A DNA stretch of 63,643 nucleotides, counting the filler, from Chiloscyllium plagiosum (taxonomy: Eukaryota), in assembly GCF_004010195.1 (NCBI RefSeq). It is 4 parts of one record of this genome, joined end to end, with 100 filler letters (N's around TTAATTAATTAA, not from the genome) between each part and the next. Parts side by side here need not be neighbours in the genome. Positions count along the whole stretch, not along the records: positions 25,660 to 51,906 come from NC_057713.1; 3 more parts are not named here. One strand, given 5' to 3'. Of the stretch, positions 26,023 through 39,523 are shown piece by piece; position 1 is the stretch's first letter, and each line of letters opens with the position of its first letter. Position numbers and translations under genes: made by a program. The notes below the pieces were generated by a model. It searched no databases. It worked only from the letters and a program-made list of their open reading frames with translations, and was not told where the DNA came from.

Positions 26023-26499
26023 CCATGATTATAAACAGGGATTCTTTGCTCCACCAGTGGGAACCTTGGTAAACGTCCGTGGAAATGCAGAGAATAGAGA
26101 ATCAACATATTGCAATAGATATTTGTCTGAAAGGTTCTTGCGGAGTGGCAGTAGTGTCTCTACCTCTGACCGAGGAGGCCTAAATTATGAGGTGCATAAT
26201 AGCATCTCTGAACGTGTTGATGAAAAAGAAAATCAAAACTCGACCTGTGTTACCGATCTCTCAGGACATTGTGGTAGAGTTAAACCAATCAGCTGGGGGG
26301 AGTGGGCTCAGCTTGTTGGGCTCTAATTGCTAACTTCTCGAGATGACCTAACAGGAATTTCCCTCACCTTCCAGACACAAAGGGATCCTTCCGTCCTCAA
26401 GGCCTCTCAGAGTCAGCAGGGGGTTTGCCCTATTGCTCATGTAGGTCTCCTGCAACTTTCAGATTGCTCCATTACAATTTCCCAGCTTCTTCGCCACCA

Positions 26500-26872
26500 T
26501 TAGAGAGGTTTATAAAATCATGAGGGGCATGGATAGGATAAATAGACAAAGTCTTTTCCCTGGGGTCGGGGAGTCCAGAGCTAGAGGGCATAGGTTTAGG
26601 GTGAGAGGGGAAAGATATAAATGAGACCTAAGGGGCAACTTTTTCACGCAGAGGGTGGTACATGTTTGGAATAAGCTGCCAGAGGATGTGGTGGAGGCTG
26701 GTACAATTGCAACATTTAAGAGGCATTTCGATGGGAATATGAATAGGAAGGGTTTGGAGGGATATGGGCAGAATGCTGGCATGTCGGACTAGATTGGGTT
26801 GGGATATCTGGTCGGCATGGACGGGTTGGACCGAAGGGTCTGTTTCCATGCTGTACATCTCTATGACTCTGT
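26500..26872 (+). mobile_element. CR1 (HER1-like) 3' end
   Basis: Closely similar to 20898-21265, ending ctctatgactct. Confidence 0.9.
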
Positions 26873-28640
26873 GACCTGGTATACAAGCGTTGGCTGTTTG
26901 ACATTGTCCTGTCATGTTCCAACTTGCAGACAAAGCGACTTGCGAACAAATTCTCATTTGGGACTCATTTGCGACTCAGACTGCCTGTAGTTATGAATTG
27001 GTGGAAGTACAGTTAGTACTAACTATAAACAAGCAGTTAAATTATTACTTGAAGGGAAGAAAATTTGAGGGCTCTTGGGAATGAGCAGGGTAACAATTAA
27101 TTGGATAGCATATTCAAAGAGCTGGAAGAAGCATGATGAGCTGAGTGACTTTTTGCACTGTAGGATTTTCTGATTTTATCATGGTAGTGGAAGATTAGCT
27201 GTTGTCTAATATTTTGTGATTATTTATCTGCTGTTTATAAATTTAGCATAGTCACACGTTTCTTTTCAATTCAGCAATGGCTTTGAGATAATACTGTCAT
27301 TGTAAACTGTTTAGAATTGTTATGCAGGCGAAATTAAAAGGGTTTGTTTGTTGAGGGGCAGAGATCATTGGTACAGTGTTAAATGACCTTGGATCGATAA
27401 AGTTCAAATTCTCCTGCAGTAAATGCACTAACCGGGTGCAATATATAAAAACTGTTGCATTTTTATGTGCTGGCTGTACATGTTGTTTGACATAATACGA
27501 TATTGAATTTTGCAACATGAACATATCTGCCATCGAAGTTGGACAGATTTATTCAGCAAAAAATGACCTTTTTCAAGGACCAGTTGGCAAATCAAATTAG
27601 TCAAAATTTAGTCATAATGTCAAAAAAATCCCCCTTTCTATTTTGTGTGAAGAACAGTTTTAGCCTTCCATGTTGCCAGCTGCAATATTTGGATGATTGA
27701 TGGAGGAAAGTGGTTGAAGATAAAGGGAATTTCTGTTCCTGCAGATTTTCATTTCCATCCATGATCCTTACCACAGATGACACTGCGAAAAATTGAATAA
27801 GCTGTTGAAGATCAACCCTAAATATAGATGTTGAGCAGTATGTTTTTGCTTTATATCTGTTAAGGATTTGTTTCCATTGCATCATTGGCCTCACATTTCA
27901 ATGTGGCTTTGTGTATATGGAGCAAATAGGCATGATACTAAAGCAATCTAAGTTGGGTTAAGCTCTGTTGGAGCTGAATTAAGCCATGCAGTATATGATA
28001 GGGGAATTCCTCTCCCTCCACCACCACTTTCTTAACCCGACATATTTTTTTTAACTGCGGACATGGCTTGGGGAATTATTTTCTTTTCATCTGCGTTCTG
28101 AATCCCAGGATGAGGTTCTTACTAGGAAAAAAGGAAAGCAGGTTTACAGTCGTACAACGCTTTGAGCAGAAAGCCTGTATCCCTTGTACAACCTGGAACT
28201 ATACATAAACTTGAACAAATTGTTTACATCTTTGTTCTTCAAAGTATGAAACACAAAGTCAAGGAAAGGAAGGGACGCAAAGCAAAACGTCATTCTATTT
28301 ATAAATGATAAAACAACGTGCTGGAGAAACTCAGGTCTGACAGCATCTGTGGAGAGAGAAACAGTTAAGGCTTCAAGTTCAATCTGACTGTTCTTCAGAA
28401 CTGGATTTGCTAATTTGTGAGAGAATTATCTCAAATAGAATGAATCTTTGTCTTAATTGTTGACATTTCTGCTTCAGTGTGAGGAAATCCACTGTCGATG
28501 TCCATGGCTAAAGGAGACTGAAGCTCTGAATTCTGATTGACATCTTATGAGGATGCTTACAAAGGTTGAAAGTAATAATAAGATTATATACTTCTGATAT
28601 ACAGATAGTTGGTGAAGGAAGAAACCAGGACTAGTCTTTG

Positions 28641-28833
28641 CTAGAAAAGCTCAGCAGGTCTTGCAGCATCTGTGGAGAGAAACAGTTAACATTTTGGGTC
28701 AAGTGACCTTTCCACACTGAGGAAGGGTCCTTTGTCCTAAAGCATTAGTTCTGGGTGCTGCTAGACATGCTGAGCTTTTCCAGCAATCTGTTTTGTTTTT
28801 GATTTCTAGCATCTGCAGTTCTTTTGATTTTTA
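28641..28833. mobile_element. Older PLE-type fold-back terminal insertion
   Basis: Inverted arms gctagaaaagctcagca / tgctgagcttttccagc. TSD aggacta(g/a)tctttg (28627-28640, 28834-28847). Confidence 0.65.
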
Positions 28834-29396
28834 AGGACTAATCTTTGTTTGCCATAGATTTATTCACAGTGAAATATTATGATTTTGTCTCCTGACTTCA
28901 CTGTACTCTTTTAACAGATTTATACTTTTTATACTTTTAATAAACATTTAATTAAGCCAATTAAATCAAATTAAGCTAAATTAAAATATAAACCCCTTAA
29001 ATGTTGAACTGTAGCAAAATGAAATGTTCAAAATGAGTTTAAAATTAAATTGTTACTTTGGCCAAAATAATGCACTACAACCTTTGCGGTGCCCACTAGT
29101 CTCCAAAGCACTCAGGCATGCCACTGTTGCATGCTACCTCTCCACCCAAACTTCTTTTTAGATATGCTCAAGTTGCCATTCAACCACTGACCTCCACCTA
29201 TATGTTTTAGTCTTAATTGATAGAATGGGAGACTGCATTGCTTCCAACTCTGACTCTCTACATCTGCTGGGCCTCATCAACTTGCACATCTCTCCAATTT
29301 GCCACAGTATTCCAAAAGGAAGTGATATAAAACTATAAAAAATAACACATTCTTTAACCTTAGTTACAGTTGTCCATCCATTCCGTCCACCCCATC

Positions 29397-30034
29397 CCAG
29401 GCCATGTGATAGGATTCTTAAGGGACTTGATAGGATGACTACAGAGAGGATGTTCTCCCTCATGAGAGTCTTAAGACCGGAAGGCATTGTCTCAGACTGA
29501 AGGGGCACCAGTCTCAGACTGAAGGGGCACCAGTGTAAGACTGATGAGAAAAAGCCTCTGAGGTTTATGCATTGTTACAGGGAAAAGACAGGAAAGTAGA
29601 TGTGAGAATGTCAGATCAGCCATCTTCTTATTGAAAGGTAGAAGGCTTGAGGGGCTGAATGGCCTACTTCTGTTTCTACTACTGTTTTAAAAAATTCTCA
29701 AGGTCAAGGACCAGGCTCGCAGGAAAGTAGTCTGACACAGAACAAACAGCCAAGAGGCGAGTCTGCTAGAATATACCAGGCCATGTGATAGGATTCTTAA
29801 GGGACTTGATAGGATGACTACAGAGAGGATGTTCTCCCTCATGAGAGTCTTAAGACCGGAAGGCATTGTCTCAGACTGAAGGGGCACCAGTGTAAGACTG
29901 ATGAGAAAAAGCCTCTGAGGTTTATGCATTGTTACAGTGAAAAGACAGGAAAGTAGATGTGAGAATGTCAGATCAGCCATCTTCTTATTGAAAGGTGGAA
30001 GGCTTGAGGGGCTGAATGGCCTACTTCTGTTTCT
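29397..30034 (+). repeat. Near-identical direct duplication of a decayed CR1 3' fragment
   Basis: Copies at 29397-29677 and 29776-30034. The first copy has an extra 22-bp tandem unit. Confidence 0.9.
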
Positions 30035-30669
30035 TATTAACTCTCTTAACTACTTATGATCTTATTAACTCTCTTAAAGACATCTCTCTCCACTGAAATA
30101 GTTAAGAATATCAGAAAATGTATCAACAAATTAGTTTAATATCAAATCTTTAGAACACCTTTTCTTGGTTTCACTGTTAAATAAATTGTTAAGTAAACTT
30201 ACTATTTGACATATTTAAAATAACTTATTATTTTATAACTATACAAATAACCATATAAATAACTATACAAATGCCAAGATGAATTGAAGCCAAACCAAGT
30301 TTATAATTCTCTGGAATTAGTCATTCAACTACAGATGGTTGAGGCAGTGAATACAGGATAATAATTTGCTAGTTTTTTTACTTTTTAAAAAACTTATTTC
30401 TTTTCATTGATTTGCTGGGTGCTACAAATGCAGCAAAGCTATATATGCTCAAACAAAGCAGTGTGCAACCATCACAATAATTGTGACTTGTGACAGTCTT
30501 AAAATCCAGCTATTTTCTTTGTCACTAGTGAAGGTGAGGTGATGGCATAACGGTGCAGGATTAAAAGGGCTAGGATTCAGTGCCCGAGACTTATACTCTG
30601 GGGACATAGCTGGTGAAATTTAAATCGAACTAATCAAAATCTGGAATTAAAAACTAGTCTCGGTTTGTC

Positions 30670-31990
30670 ATTTATATAAAAAAGTTGCATGAGAATTTAG
30701 GAAGCATGATTAGTAAGTTTGCAGATGGCACCAAAATTGGAGGTATAGTGGACAGGTTATCTAAAATTACAAAGGGATCTTGAACATTTGGGTAAATGGG
30801 CTGATGAATGGCAGATGAGTTTAATTTGGATGAATGTGAGGTGTTGTATTTTGGTAAGACAGACAAAGGCAAGACTTATACAGTTAATGGTAGGGCCCTA
30901 GGGAGTATTACCAAACAGAGCGACCTAGGCATTCAGGTACATTGTTTTTTGAAAGTTACATAAAATGTAGACAGGATGGTAAAGAGGACGTTTGGCACGA
31001 TTGGCTTCGTTGCTCAGACCAGTTAGTATAGGAGTTAGGCATCATGTTGCAGTTACACATGATATTGGTAAGGCTACTTTTGGAGTACTGTGTACAGTTC
31101 TGGCCACCCTGCTTAAGGAAGGATACTATTAAATTGGAGAGGGTGCAGAAAAGATGTACAAGGATATTACCAGGACGAGAGGGTTTGAGTCATGTGGAAA
31201 CGTTGGATAGGTTGGGACTTTATCACCGCAGCGTAGGAGATTGAGGGATGACCTTAGAAGTTTATAAATCATAGGCATAGATAAGGTGAATAGCAATGGT
31301 TGCTTCTGTAGGATAGGGGTGTTAAAAAGTAGAGAGCATATTTTTCAGGAGAAAGATTTAAAAAGGACCTGACGGGCAACATTTTCACACAGGGTGGTCT
31401 GTATAAGAGTCACAGAGATGTACAGCATGGCAACAGATCCTTCGGCCCATCTCGTCCATGCCAACCAGATATCTTAACTTAATCTAGTCCCATTTGCCAG
31501 CACTAGGCCCGTATCCCTCTAAACCTTTCCTATTCATACACCTATCCAAATGCTGCAATTGTACTAGCCTCCACCACTTCCTCTGGCAGCTCACTCCCCA
31601 CAAGCACCACCCTCTGCTTGAAAGGGTTGCCTCTTGGGTCCCTTTTAAATTTTTCCCCTCTAGCCCTAAACCATGCCCTTTAGTTCTGGACTCGCCATCC
31701 CAGGGAAAAGACTTTATTTACTTTGTCTATGCCCCTCATGATTTTATAAACCTCTATAAGGTCAACCCTCAGCCTCCAACCATCCAGAGAAAACAGCCCT
31801 GGAATAAACTGTCAGAGAAAGTAGTTGAGCCAGGTATAGTTGCAATATTTAAGAAACATTTGGATAGGTACGTGAATAGGAAAGGTTTGGAGGGATATGG
31901 GCCAAATGCAGGCAAATGAGAATAGTTTAGTTTGGGAAATTTGGCATGGGCGAATTGGACCAAAGAGTCTGTTTTGGTGCTGTATAACTC
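30670..31990 (+). mobile_element. CR1 3' part with an opposite-strand CR1 3' end nested at about 31407-31800
   Basis: MISKFADGTKIGG, LLEYCVQFWPP and KLERVQKR motifs. Confidence 0.85.
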
Positions 31991-32544
31991 AACTCTATTG
32001 GTCACCATGCAATCATTATTAATTATTATGAAAAACCATCTGGTTTATTAATATCCTTTAGGAAACAAAGTCTGCCCTATTTAGTCCCATCTACGTGAGA
32101 CCTTGCTGCCGTAGGCAAGCAATAGCCTGTATAGTTGTGCTAATGGAATCATGCTTTACACACATTGAGTCAGAGCAGAGGTGGTGGTACTGTTGTATAG
32201 TTGGAAAGGACTTGCCTTGGGAGTCTTCAACGTAAACTCTGGGCCCCTTGACGTCTCATGGTATCAGGTTAAAACAGAAGATCTCTGCTGTTTACCACCT
32301 AACTCCTCCTGGAGCGTAGTCAGTTCTCATTCACGATGAATACCACCTGGAAGAAGCACTGAGGGCAGTCAGAAAACAGGATGTACTCTGTGGAGGACTT
32401 CAATGTCCACCATAAAAATTGGTTCAGTTGTATCACTACTGAACTGAGCTTGCTAAGTCCTTAAGAGGTACCAGCCACAGATGCAGCCTAGTAGTTAGTG
32501 AGGAAGTCAACCTGATGTTTAAAAGCAAAACTACTTGACTTGGG

Positions 32545-34460
32545 GTGGGGTGGGGGGGGTGCACAGTTGTAGTTCGGCACACTGACCTCTGCATCACTGA
32601 AGCCAGGTGCCAACTCACAGACACCTCCTACTGGCCCCTCGACCACGACCTCCCCTCTCATCACCAAACCATCAACTCCCAGACCGTCCACAGCCTCATC
32701 ACCTCTGGGGATCTCCCATCCACAGACTTCAACCTTAATGTCCGTGAACCCTGCGCTGCCCGTTTCTACCTCCTTCCTAAGATTCACAAGCCTGATTTCC
32801 CTGGTCAACCCATTGCCTCAGCCTGCTCCTGTCCCACTGAACTCATCTCTGCATATCTTGATACCTTCCTGTCCCTCTTAGTCCAGGAACTCCCCACCTA
32901 CGTTCAGGACATCACCCACACCCTTTGCCTCCTCCAAGATTTTCATTTCCCTGGCCCCCAACACCTCATCTTCACCATGGACATCCACCCCTGTACGCAT
33001 CCATCTGCCAGAACAAAGGCCTCCAAGCCCTCCGTTTCTTCCTCTCACGCCAACCCAATCAGTACCCTTCCACCCACATGCTCATCCGCCTGGCTGAACT
33101 GGCATTCACCCTCAACAGCTTCTCCTTCCAATCCTCCCACTTCTTCCAAACCAAAGAGGTAGCCATGGGCACCTGCATGGGACCCAGCTATGTCTGCTTC
33201 TTTATTGGGTATTTGGAACAGTCCATCATCTGCAGCTACACTGGCACCACCACCCACCTGTTCCTCTGCTACATCAGTGACTGTATCGGTGCTATCTCGT
33301 GTTCCCACAAGGAGATTGAACAGTTCATCACCTTCACCAAAACCTTTTAAATTCACCTGGACCATCTTGGACTCCTCCCTCCCCTTCCTGGACCTCTCCA
33401 TCTCCAGCGATCGACTAACCACGGACATTTACTGCAAGCCCACCGACTCCCATAGCTACCTAGACTAGACCTCATCCAACCCTACCACCTGTTAAAAACC
33501 CCATTCCTTATTCCCAAATCCTCTTCCTCCACCGCATCTGTTCCAAGGATAACCAATTGCACCTTCGAAAAATCCCAGATGGCCACCTCCTTCCAGGATT
33601 ACAACTTCCCTTCCCACAAGATCGCCGATGCCCTCCAGCGCATCTCCTCCACTTCCTGCACCACTGCCATTGAACACCACCCCTCCCAACGCAACAAAGA
33701 CAGTACCTCCTGGTCCTCACCTTCCACCCCACCAACCCCACATACATCGTGTCATCCTCTGCCACTTCCGCCCACCTACAAACAGACCAGAGATCTATTC
33801 CCCTCCCCATCCCTATCAGTGTTCCAGAGAGACCATTCCCTCCACGACTTCCTCGTCAGGTCCATGCCCCCCCACCAGCCCACACCCACTCCCAACACCT
33901 TCCCCTGCCACTGCCGGAAGTGTAAAGCCGGTGCTACACCACTCCCCTCACTTCCATCCAAGGCCCCAAAAGGTCCTTCTACATCCAACAGAAATTCGCC
34001 TGTACCTCCTCCATTGTCATCTACTGTATAAGTTGCACCCGATGTGGTCTCCTCTATATCAGGGAGACAGGATGCCAACTTGTGGATTGTTTCAGAGAAC
34101 ATCTCTGGGACACCTGCACCAAACAACTCCACTGCCCAGTAGCTCAACACTTCAACTCCCTCTCCATCAAGGACATGCAGGTCCTGGTCCTCCTCCATCA
34201 CTAAATGCTTACCACCTGACACCTGGAGGAAGAACGCCTCATATTCCACCTTGGGACCCTCCAACCACACGGGATGAATGTGGATTTCACCAGTTTCTTC
34301 TTTTCCCCTTCCCCACATTATCCCTGCCCCAAGTCTCCAATATGGCACCACCTTCGTGACCTGTCCATCAACTTTCCCATCTATCTGCTCCACCCTCCTT
34401 TCCGAACCATCACCTTCTCCCCTACCTTCATCAACCTATCGCATTCTCAGCTACCTTCCC
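32545..34460 (+). mobile_element. Penelope-like element family A, RT and GIY-YIG region (frameshifted)
   Basis: FYLLPKIHKPDFPGQPI, FTMDI, VAMGTCMGPSY, LPFLDLSI, YCKPTDSHSYLD and CGLLYIRETG motifs. Confidence 0.9.
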
Positions 34461-35735
34461 CACTTTCAGCAACACTCGAGCTCAACACCATCGAGAATAA
34501 AGCAGCTCATTCGACTGGCATCATATCCACTATCTTCAACATTCATACCCTTCACGCCTCTACAAAATATATTGCAATGACTTACCAAGGCTCCTCAGAC
34601 ATCCCTTCCAAACTCAAGACTTTACCACTTGGAAGTAGATAACCTTCAAGTTTCCCTCTAAGCCAAATACCGTTCTGACTGGTAGCATATTATATGCTTC
34701 AAACATTCTGAAGAAATTTTAAAAAACAAATTTTTTTGAGAAGATTTGTAGCTCAGGTTGATAAGTATGTAAGTTAGCTCACTGAGCTTTAAGGTTCGTT
34801 TTCAGATGTTTCATCATCATACTTGGTAACAACATCAGTGAGAGTCTCTGGTGAAGCATTGGTACTCTGCCCCAGCTCTCCCTTTATAGGTCTTGGTTTC
34901 TTAAGGTGGGTGATGTCATTTCCACTTTTTTTTCAAGAAAGGTAGATAAGATTGAAATTCGATGTGTTTATTGATGGAGTTCTGGTTAGAATGCCATGCA
35001 TCTAAGAATTCATGTGTGTGTCTTTGTTTTGCCTAGGATGTGTGTGTTGTCCTAGTCAAAGTGGTGCCCTTCTTTGTCTGTATGTATGGAAACTAGTGAT
35101 AGGAGGTCACGTCTTCTGGTGTTCATGTATCCTGGTGGCAAGTTTCTTGCTAGTGTGTCTGATATCGTATTTGTTATAGTTCTTGCATGGTATCTTGAAA
35201 ATGATGTTAATTTTGCTGGTGGTATCTAATGGATCCATTAGGTTCATTAGTTGCTTTTAAGTGTGTTGGTAGGTTTGTAGGCTACCATGATGCCAAGGGG
35301 TCTGAGTAGTGTGGAAGTAATTTCTGATATGTCTTTGATGTAAGGTAGCATGACTATGGTTTTTGGTTGCGTTCTGTCTGCTTGTTTGGGTTTGTTTCTG
35401 AGGAATTGGGTGCTGCAGTGTCAATGAGCTTGTTGAAATAATGTCTTGATGCAGCTCCATTTGTGGGTGTTGGGATGATTGGTCCCTGTGTGTTGTTTTT
35501 CTGCAGATACTGTTTTGAAGCGCCCCATTAACTGTACATTCAACTGTCACGTCTAGGAATGGGAGTCTGTTGTCGTTCTCCTCCTCTTTTGTGAAATTTA
35601 TGCCTGTGAGGATAGTGTTGATGGTATTGTATGTTTCCTCTAATTTGTTCCGTGTTGTGATGACAAAGGTGTCATCTACTTAGCGGCCCAAAGTTTGGGT
35701 TGGAATGATGGGAAGCAGGTTGTTCAAGTCTCTGC

Positions 35736-36610
35736 ATTACTGCTTCCGCTGTGAGACCTGATGTTGGTGATCCCATAGGTGTTCTTTTGACTTGTTTGCA
35801 CCTATATCAGGCCAAGAGAAAGAAAGAAACACACTTAATGCTTAAGAAAATAAAGTCTTAGAAAGACTTAAAAAGGGCAAAAACATCATTATTCTACCTG
35901 CAAACACATGACTGTTATTTTTAAAAAATCTGACTGTCTTAAAAAGGCAAATGCTCTATTGCAGATACATGCAATTTACCAGCAGGTGGCAATAGACCCA
36001 ACCCCACAATTACTAAATAGAATCTCATCCTTTCTAACAGAACTTAAAAAATCAGGAGAATTAAACAGGACAGACTTCCAAAACACGAAACCAGATTGAT
36101 CCAACACACCACACTTTTATGGATTACTAAAAATACACAAACCCGGTGCCCGCTTTGATCCGTAGTCTTCCTATTACTGCTTCCGCTGTGAGACCTGATA
36201 TTGGTGATCCCATAGGTGTTCTTTTGACTTGTTTGCACCTATATCAGGCCAAGAGAAAGAAAGAAACACACTTAATGCTTAAGAAAATAAAGCCTTAGAA
36301 AGACTTAAAAAGGGCAAAAACATCATTATTCTACCTGCAAACACATGACTGTTATTTTTTAAAAATCTGACCGTCTTAAAAAGGCAAATGCTCTACTTGC
36401 AGATACATGCAACTTACCAGCAGGTGGCAATAGACCCAACCCCACAACTACTAAATAGAATCTCATCCTTTCTAACAGAACTTAAAAAATCAGGAGAATT
36501 AAACATGGCAGACTTCCAAAACACGAAACCAGATTGATCCAATACACCACACTTTTATGGATTACTAAAAATACACAAACCCGGTGCCCCCTTTGATCCG
36601 TAGTCTTCCT
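35736..36610. repeat. 437-bp tandem duplication inside PLE family B
   Basis: Units 35736-36172 and 36173-36610 differ by scattered substitutions and small indels. Confidence 0.9.
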
Positions 36611-37956
36611 ACGTGGTACACCAACATACAGACTAGCCAAAGAACTCCACCAAAAACTAAAACACTTATTTAAAGATTCACACCACTCCATTCACTACAC
36701 CCAAGAATTCCTGAACACTATTGTATACAACAAGATAGAAGACGACGAAATAATGGTTTCCACATCAATTAACCTCGACCTAGCCAAAGAAACACTGGTA
36801 TCACTACTCGGAAAACCCGGACTACAAACACCTGATGGCACCAACTTCATCAGCAAACACAACATCCTCCAAGCTAGTTGACCTGTACCTCACCACCCAC
36901 GTCATATTCAATAACAAAACTTCCAAACAAGTCAATTGAACACCTGTGGGATCACCAATATCTATGAGACCGGAATCAGTAATGCAGAGACTTGAACAAG
37001 CAGTCCTCCCATCTATCCAATCCAAACTTTAGGTCCACTAAATAGGTGACACTTTTGTCATCACAAAACGGAGCCAACTAGAGTAAGCATACAACACCAT
37101 CAACACTATTCGGACAGGCATAAAATTCACAAGAGGAGGAAAATGACAGCATACACCCATTCCTAAACGTGACAGTTGAACATACAGTTAACAGAGAGCT
37201 TCAAACCAGTGTCTACAGAAAAACAACAAATGCAGATCAAATAATTAACTTCAGAAGCAATCATCCCATCACCCACAAATGGAGCTGCATCAAGACATTA
37301 TTTCAATGAGCTACATCGCACTTTAGCACCCAAGTACTAGAAAAAGCAAAAGAAAAATATCTATACAACGTTTTCAAGAAAAACGAGTGCCCAATAAACA
37401 CAATCTGCCGATCCCTCCAAAACGAGCCCAAACAAGCAGACACAACACAACCAAAAACCTTAGCCACATTACCTTACATCAAAGATATATCAGAAATGAC
37501 TTCCAGGCTACTGAGACCCTTTGGCATCATGGTAGCCCACAAATCTACCAACGCATTTAACAGCGACAAATGAACCTAAAGGATCCATTAGATGCTACCA
37601 GTAAAACTAACCATGTTACTATGCAAGAACTATAACAATATATTGGACAAACTAGCAGGAAACTTACCACCAGGATACACGAACACCAACTGGCCAATAC
37701 CAACACCATACAGACACAGAAGGACACCACTTTGATTGGGAAAACGCACACATCCTAGGACAGGCGAAACAAAGACATGCACGGGAATTCTTTAGAGGCA
37801 TGGCATTCTAATCAGAGCTCCACCAATAAACACATCGATTTAGATCCTATCTATCTTCCCTTAAAATAGCCGGAAATAACATTACCCACCTTAAGAACCC
37901 AACACCTATAAATAGAGAGATGGGACATACCACCAGCACTTCACTGGAGACTCTCA

Positions 37957-37990
37957 CTGATGATGTTACCTAGTATGGTGACGAAACATC
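37957..37990 (+). ncRNA. Hammerhead-like motif of PLE family B (probably decayed)
   Basis: CUGAUGA-U-GUUACC-UAGUAU-GGUGAC-GAAAC-AUC with a 6-bp stem II. The expected GUC appears as AUC. Confidence 0.6.
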
Positions 37991-38421
37991 TAAAACCAAA
38001 CCTTCAAGCTCAACAAGCTAGTTTACATAGTTAAAAAAAAACTCTTGAATTCCTGATATCTATAACAGTGCAAGACAGGATACAGCAACAATATTTTGAT
38101 AGTGAGTTTTGTAAAATATAACGAAATTTCAAAGCACCCATAGGTCTTCTTCACTGGGGATGCAAACAAATCTGTAGATCAGAAAGATTTTAAAGCAAAT
38201 GAAGTAAGTATAAGGAAATCTTGCATTTATGTTGGGCTTTGTATCGTCAGGAATGTCTAAAGAGTGCTCTTACAAATTAATTTCTTTAGAAGCAAAACAT
38301 TTAAAACCATTCACTCCCTCCATCACGAGGGTAACAGCGGTGTGTACTGTATCTAAGATGGACTGCAGACATTCACCAAGGCTTCTTTGACAGCATGTCC
38401 CAAATTGCTGATTATCAATTA

Positions 38422-39039
38422 CAGGGGAACCTTGATTATCAGAACAAGATGGGCGGGTACTATTTTGTTTGGATAATCGATTATTCGTTTAATTGATTTC
38501 CTCTGGGGCTTGGCGTTTTTAAAGTCTGCTCCCCATTCAGGAGACTGCAGCAGCACATAGCATGAGGCACTGCCTGCCCCCCCGCCCCCTCCCCTAACCC
38601 TGTCCAACACCACACCCCTGCCCCCTCTCCGGAGCAGCTGGACTGTACATCAACAAGAGCTGCTGCTGCTACTACTGCCTTTGTGGGGTAAGTCTCCAAA
38701 CAGAGCACGAGCGCACACGCGTGCACACACACACACCTTTTTGCTGCAACTTTTTGACAGGTTCCACCTTTACCCTGTACAGTACAATGTTCAAGAGATC
38801 CATCTGGGGAAGCAGGGGGGTGGGGTTAGGGTACTCCCCTCTGAAGAATTCCAGGGAAAGTGTGGGCAGAGACAGAGGTCATTCATTTGGAGACGGTGCC
38901 TGTTTAATCACTGTTAACAAAAGACGCGATCATTGTTGGAAACAGGTCTTTGATGTAATGTTTCTATGAGGACCTCAGGATCTCCTTCAGATAATCCGAT
39001 TTTCGGATGATAGGTATTCGGATAATCGAGGGTCCTCTG
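38422..39039. mobile_element. Tigger/pogo-like (Tc1-mariner) non-autonomous element
   Basis: Imperfect TIRs caggggaaccttgattatc / gataatcgagggtcctctg flanked by TA on both sides. It interrupts a LINE 3' segment (38297-39600). Confidence 0.85.
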
Positions 39040-39215
39040 TAGCAGGACAAGGGCAGCAGATTGATAGCAGCATCACAATCTACAAGCATCTCCCCAAGCC
39101 ACTCAAAATTCAAACTTGGAAGTATGTCACTGTTCCTTCAATGTCAGTTGGTCAAATTCCTGGAATTCCCTTCCTAACAACAGTGTCTACCTAATCCAAA
39201 TGGTATGCAGTAGTT

Positions 39216-39523
39216 GGCACAATGGCCCAATGGTTAGCTCTGCTGCCTCACAGCGCCAGAGCCTCAGGTTCAATTCCCGCCTCAGCCAACTGACTGTGTG
39301 GAGTTTGCACATTCTTCCTGTGTCTGCGTGGGTTTCCTCCGGGTGCTCCAGTTTCCTCCCACAGTCCAGGTTAGGTTAGGTGAATTGGCCATGCTAAATT
39401 GCCCGTAGTGTTAGCTGAAGGGATAAATGTAGGGGAATGGGTCTTGGTGGGTTGCGCTTTAGCAGGTCGGTGTGAACTTGTTGGGCCGAAGGGCCTGTTT
39501 CCACACTGTCAGTAATCTAATCT
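39216..39523 (+). mobile_element. HE1-type V-SINE
   Basis: tRNA head, V domain and (aatct)n tail. Confidence 0.9.

Larger units (their letters stand above)
30535..34690 (+). mobile_element. Second, more decayed copy of the tRNA-headed LINE, split by CR1 (30670-31990) and PLE (32545-34460) insertions
   Basis: Head and 5' UTR at 30535-30665 and 32000-32095, APE segment at 32100-32540 (HLEEALRAVRKQDVL..DFNVHH), and 3' segment at 34465-34690. All resemble 8205-13700. Confidence 0.65.
34735..38032 (+). mobile_element. Penelope-like element family B with an inverted 5' part (34735-35797 minus, 35798-38032 plus)
   Basis: FYGLLKIHKPG, TSVYRKTT and YIGQTSRKLTTRIHEHQ (GIY-YIG). The 3' terminal sequence is present at both ends in inverted orientation. 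Confidence 0.88.

Noticed and set aside
25604..26108. Cys/Val-rich ORFs
   Set aside because: Translation of a (CA)n microsatellite.
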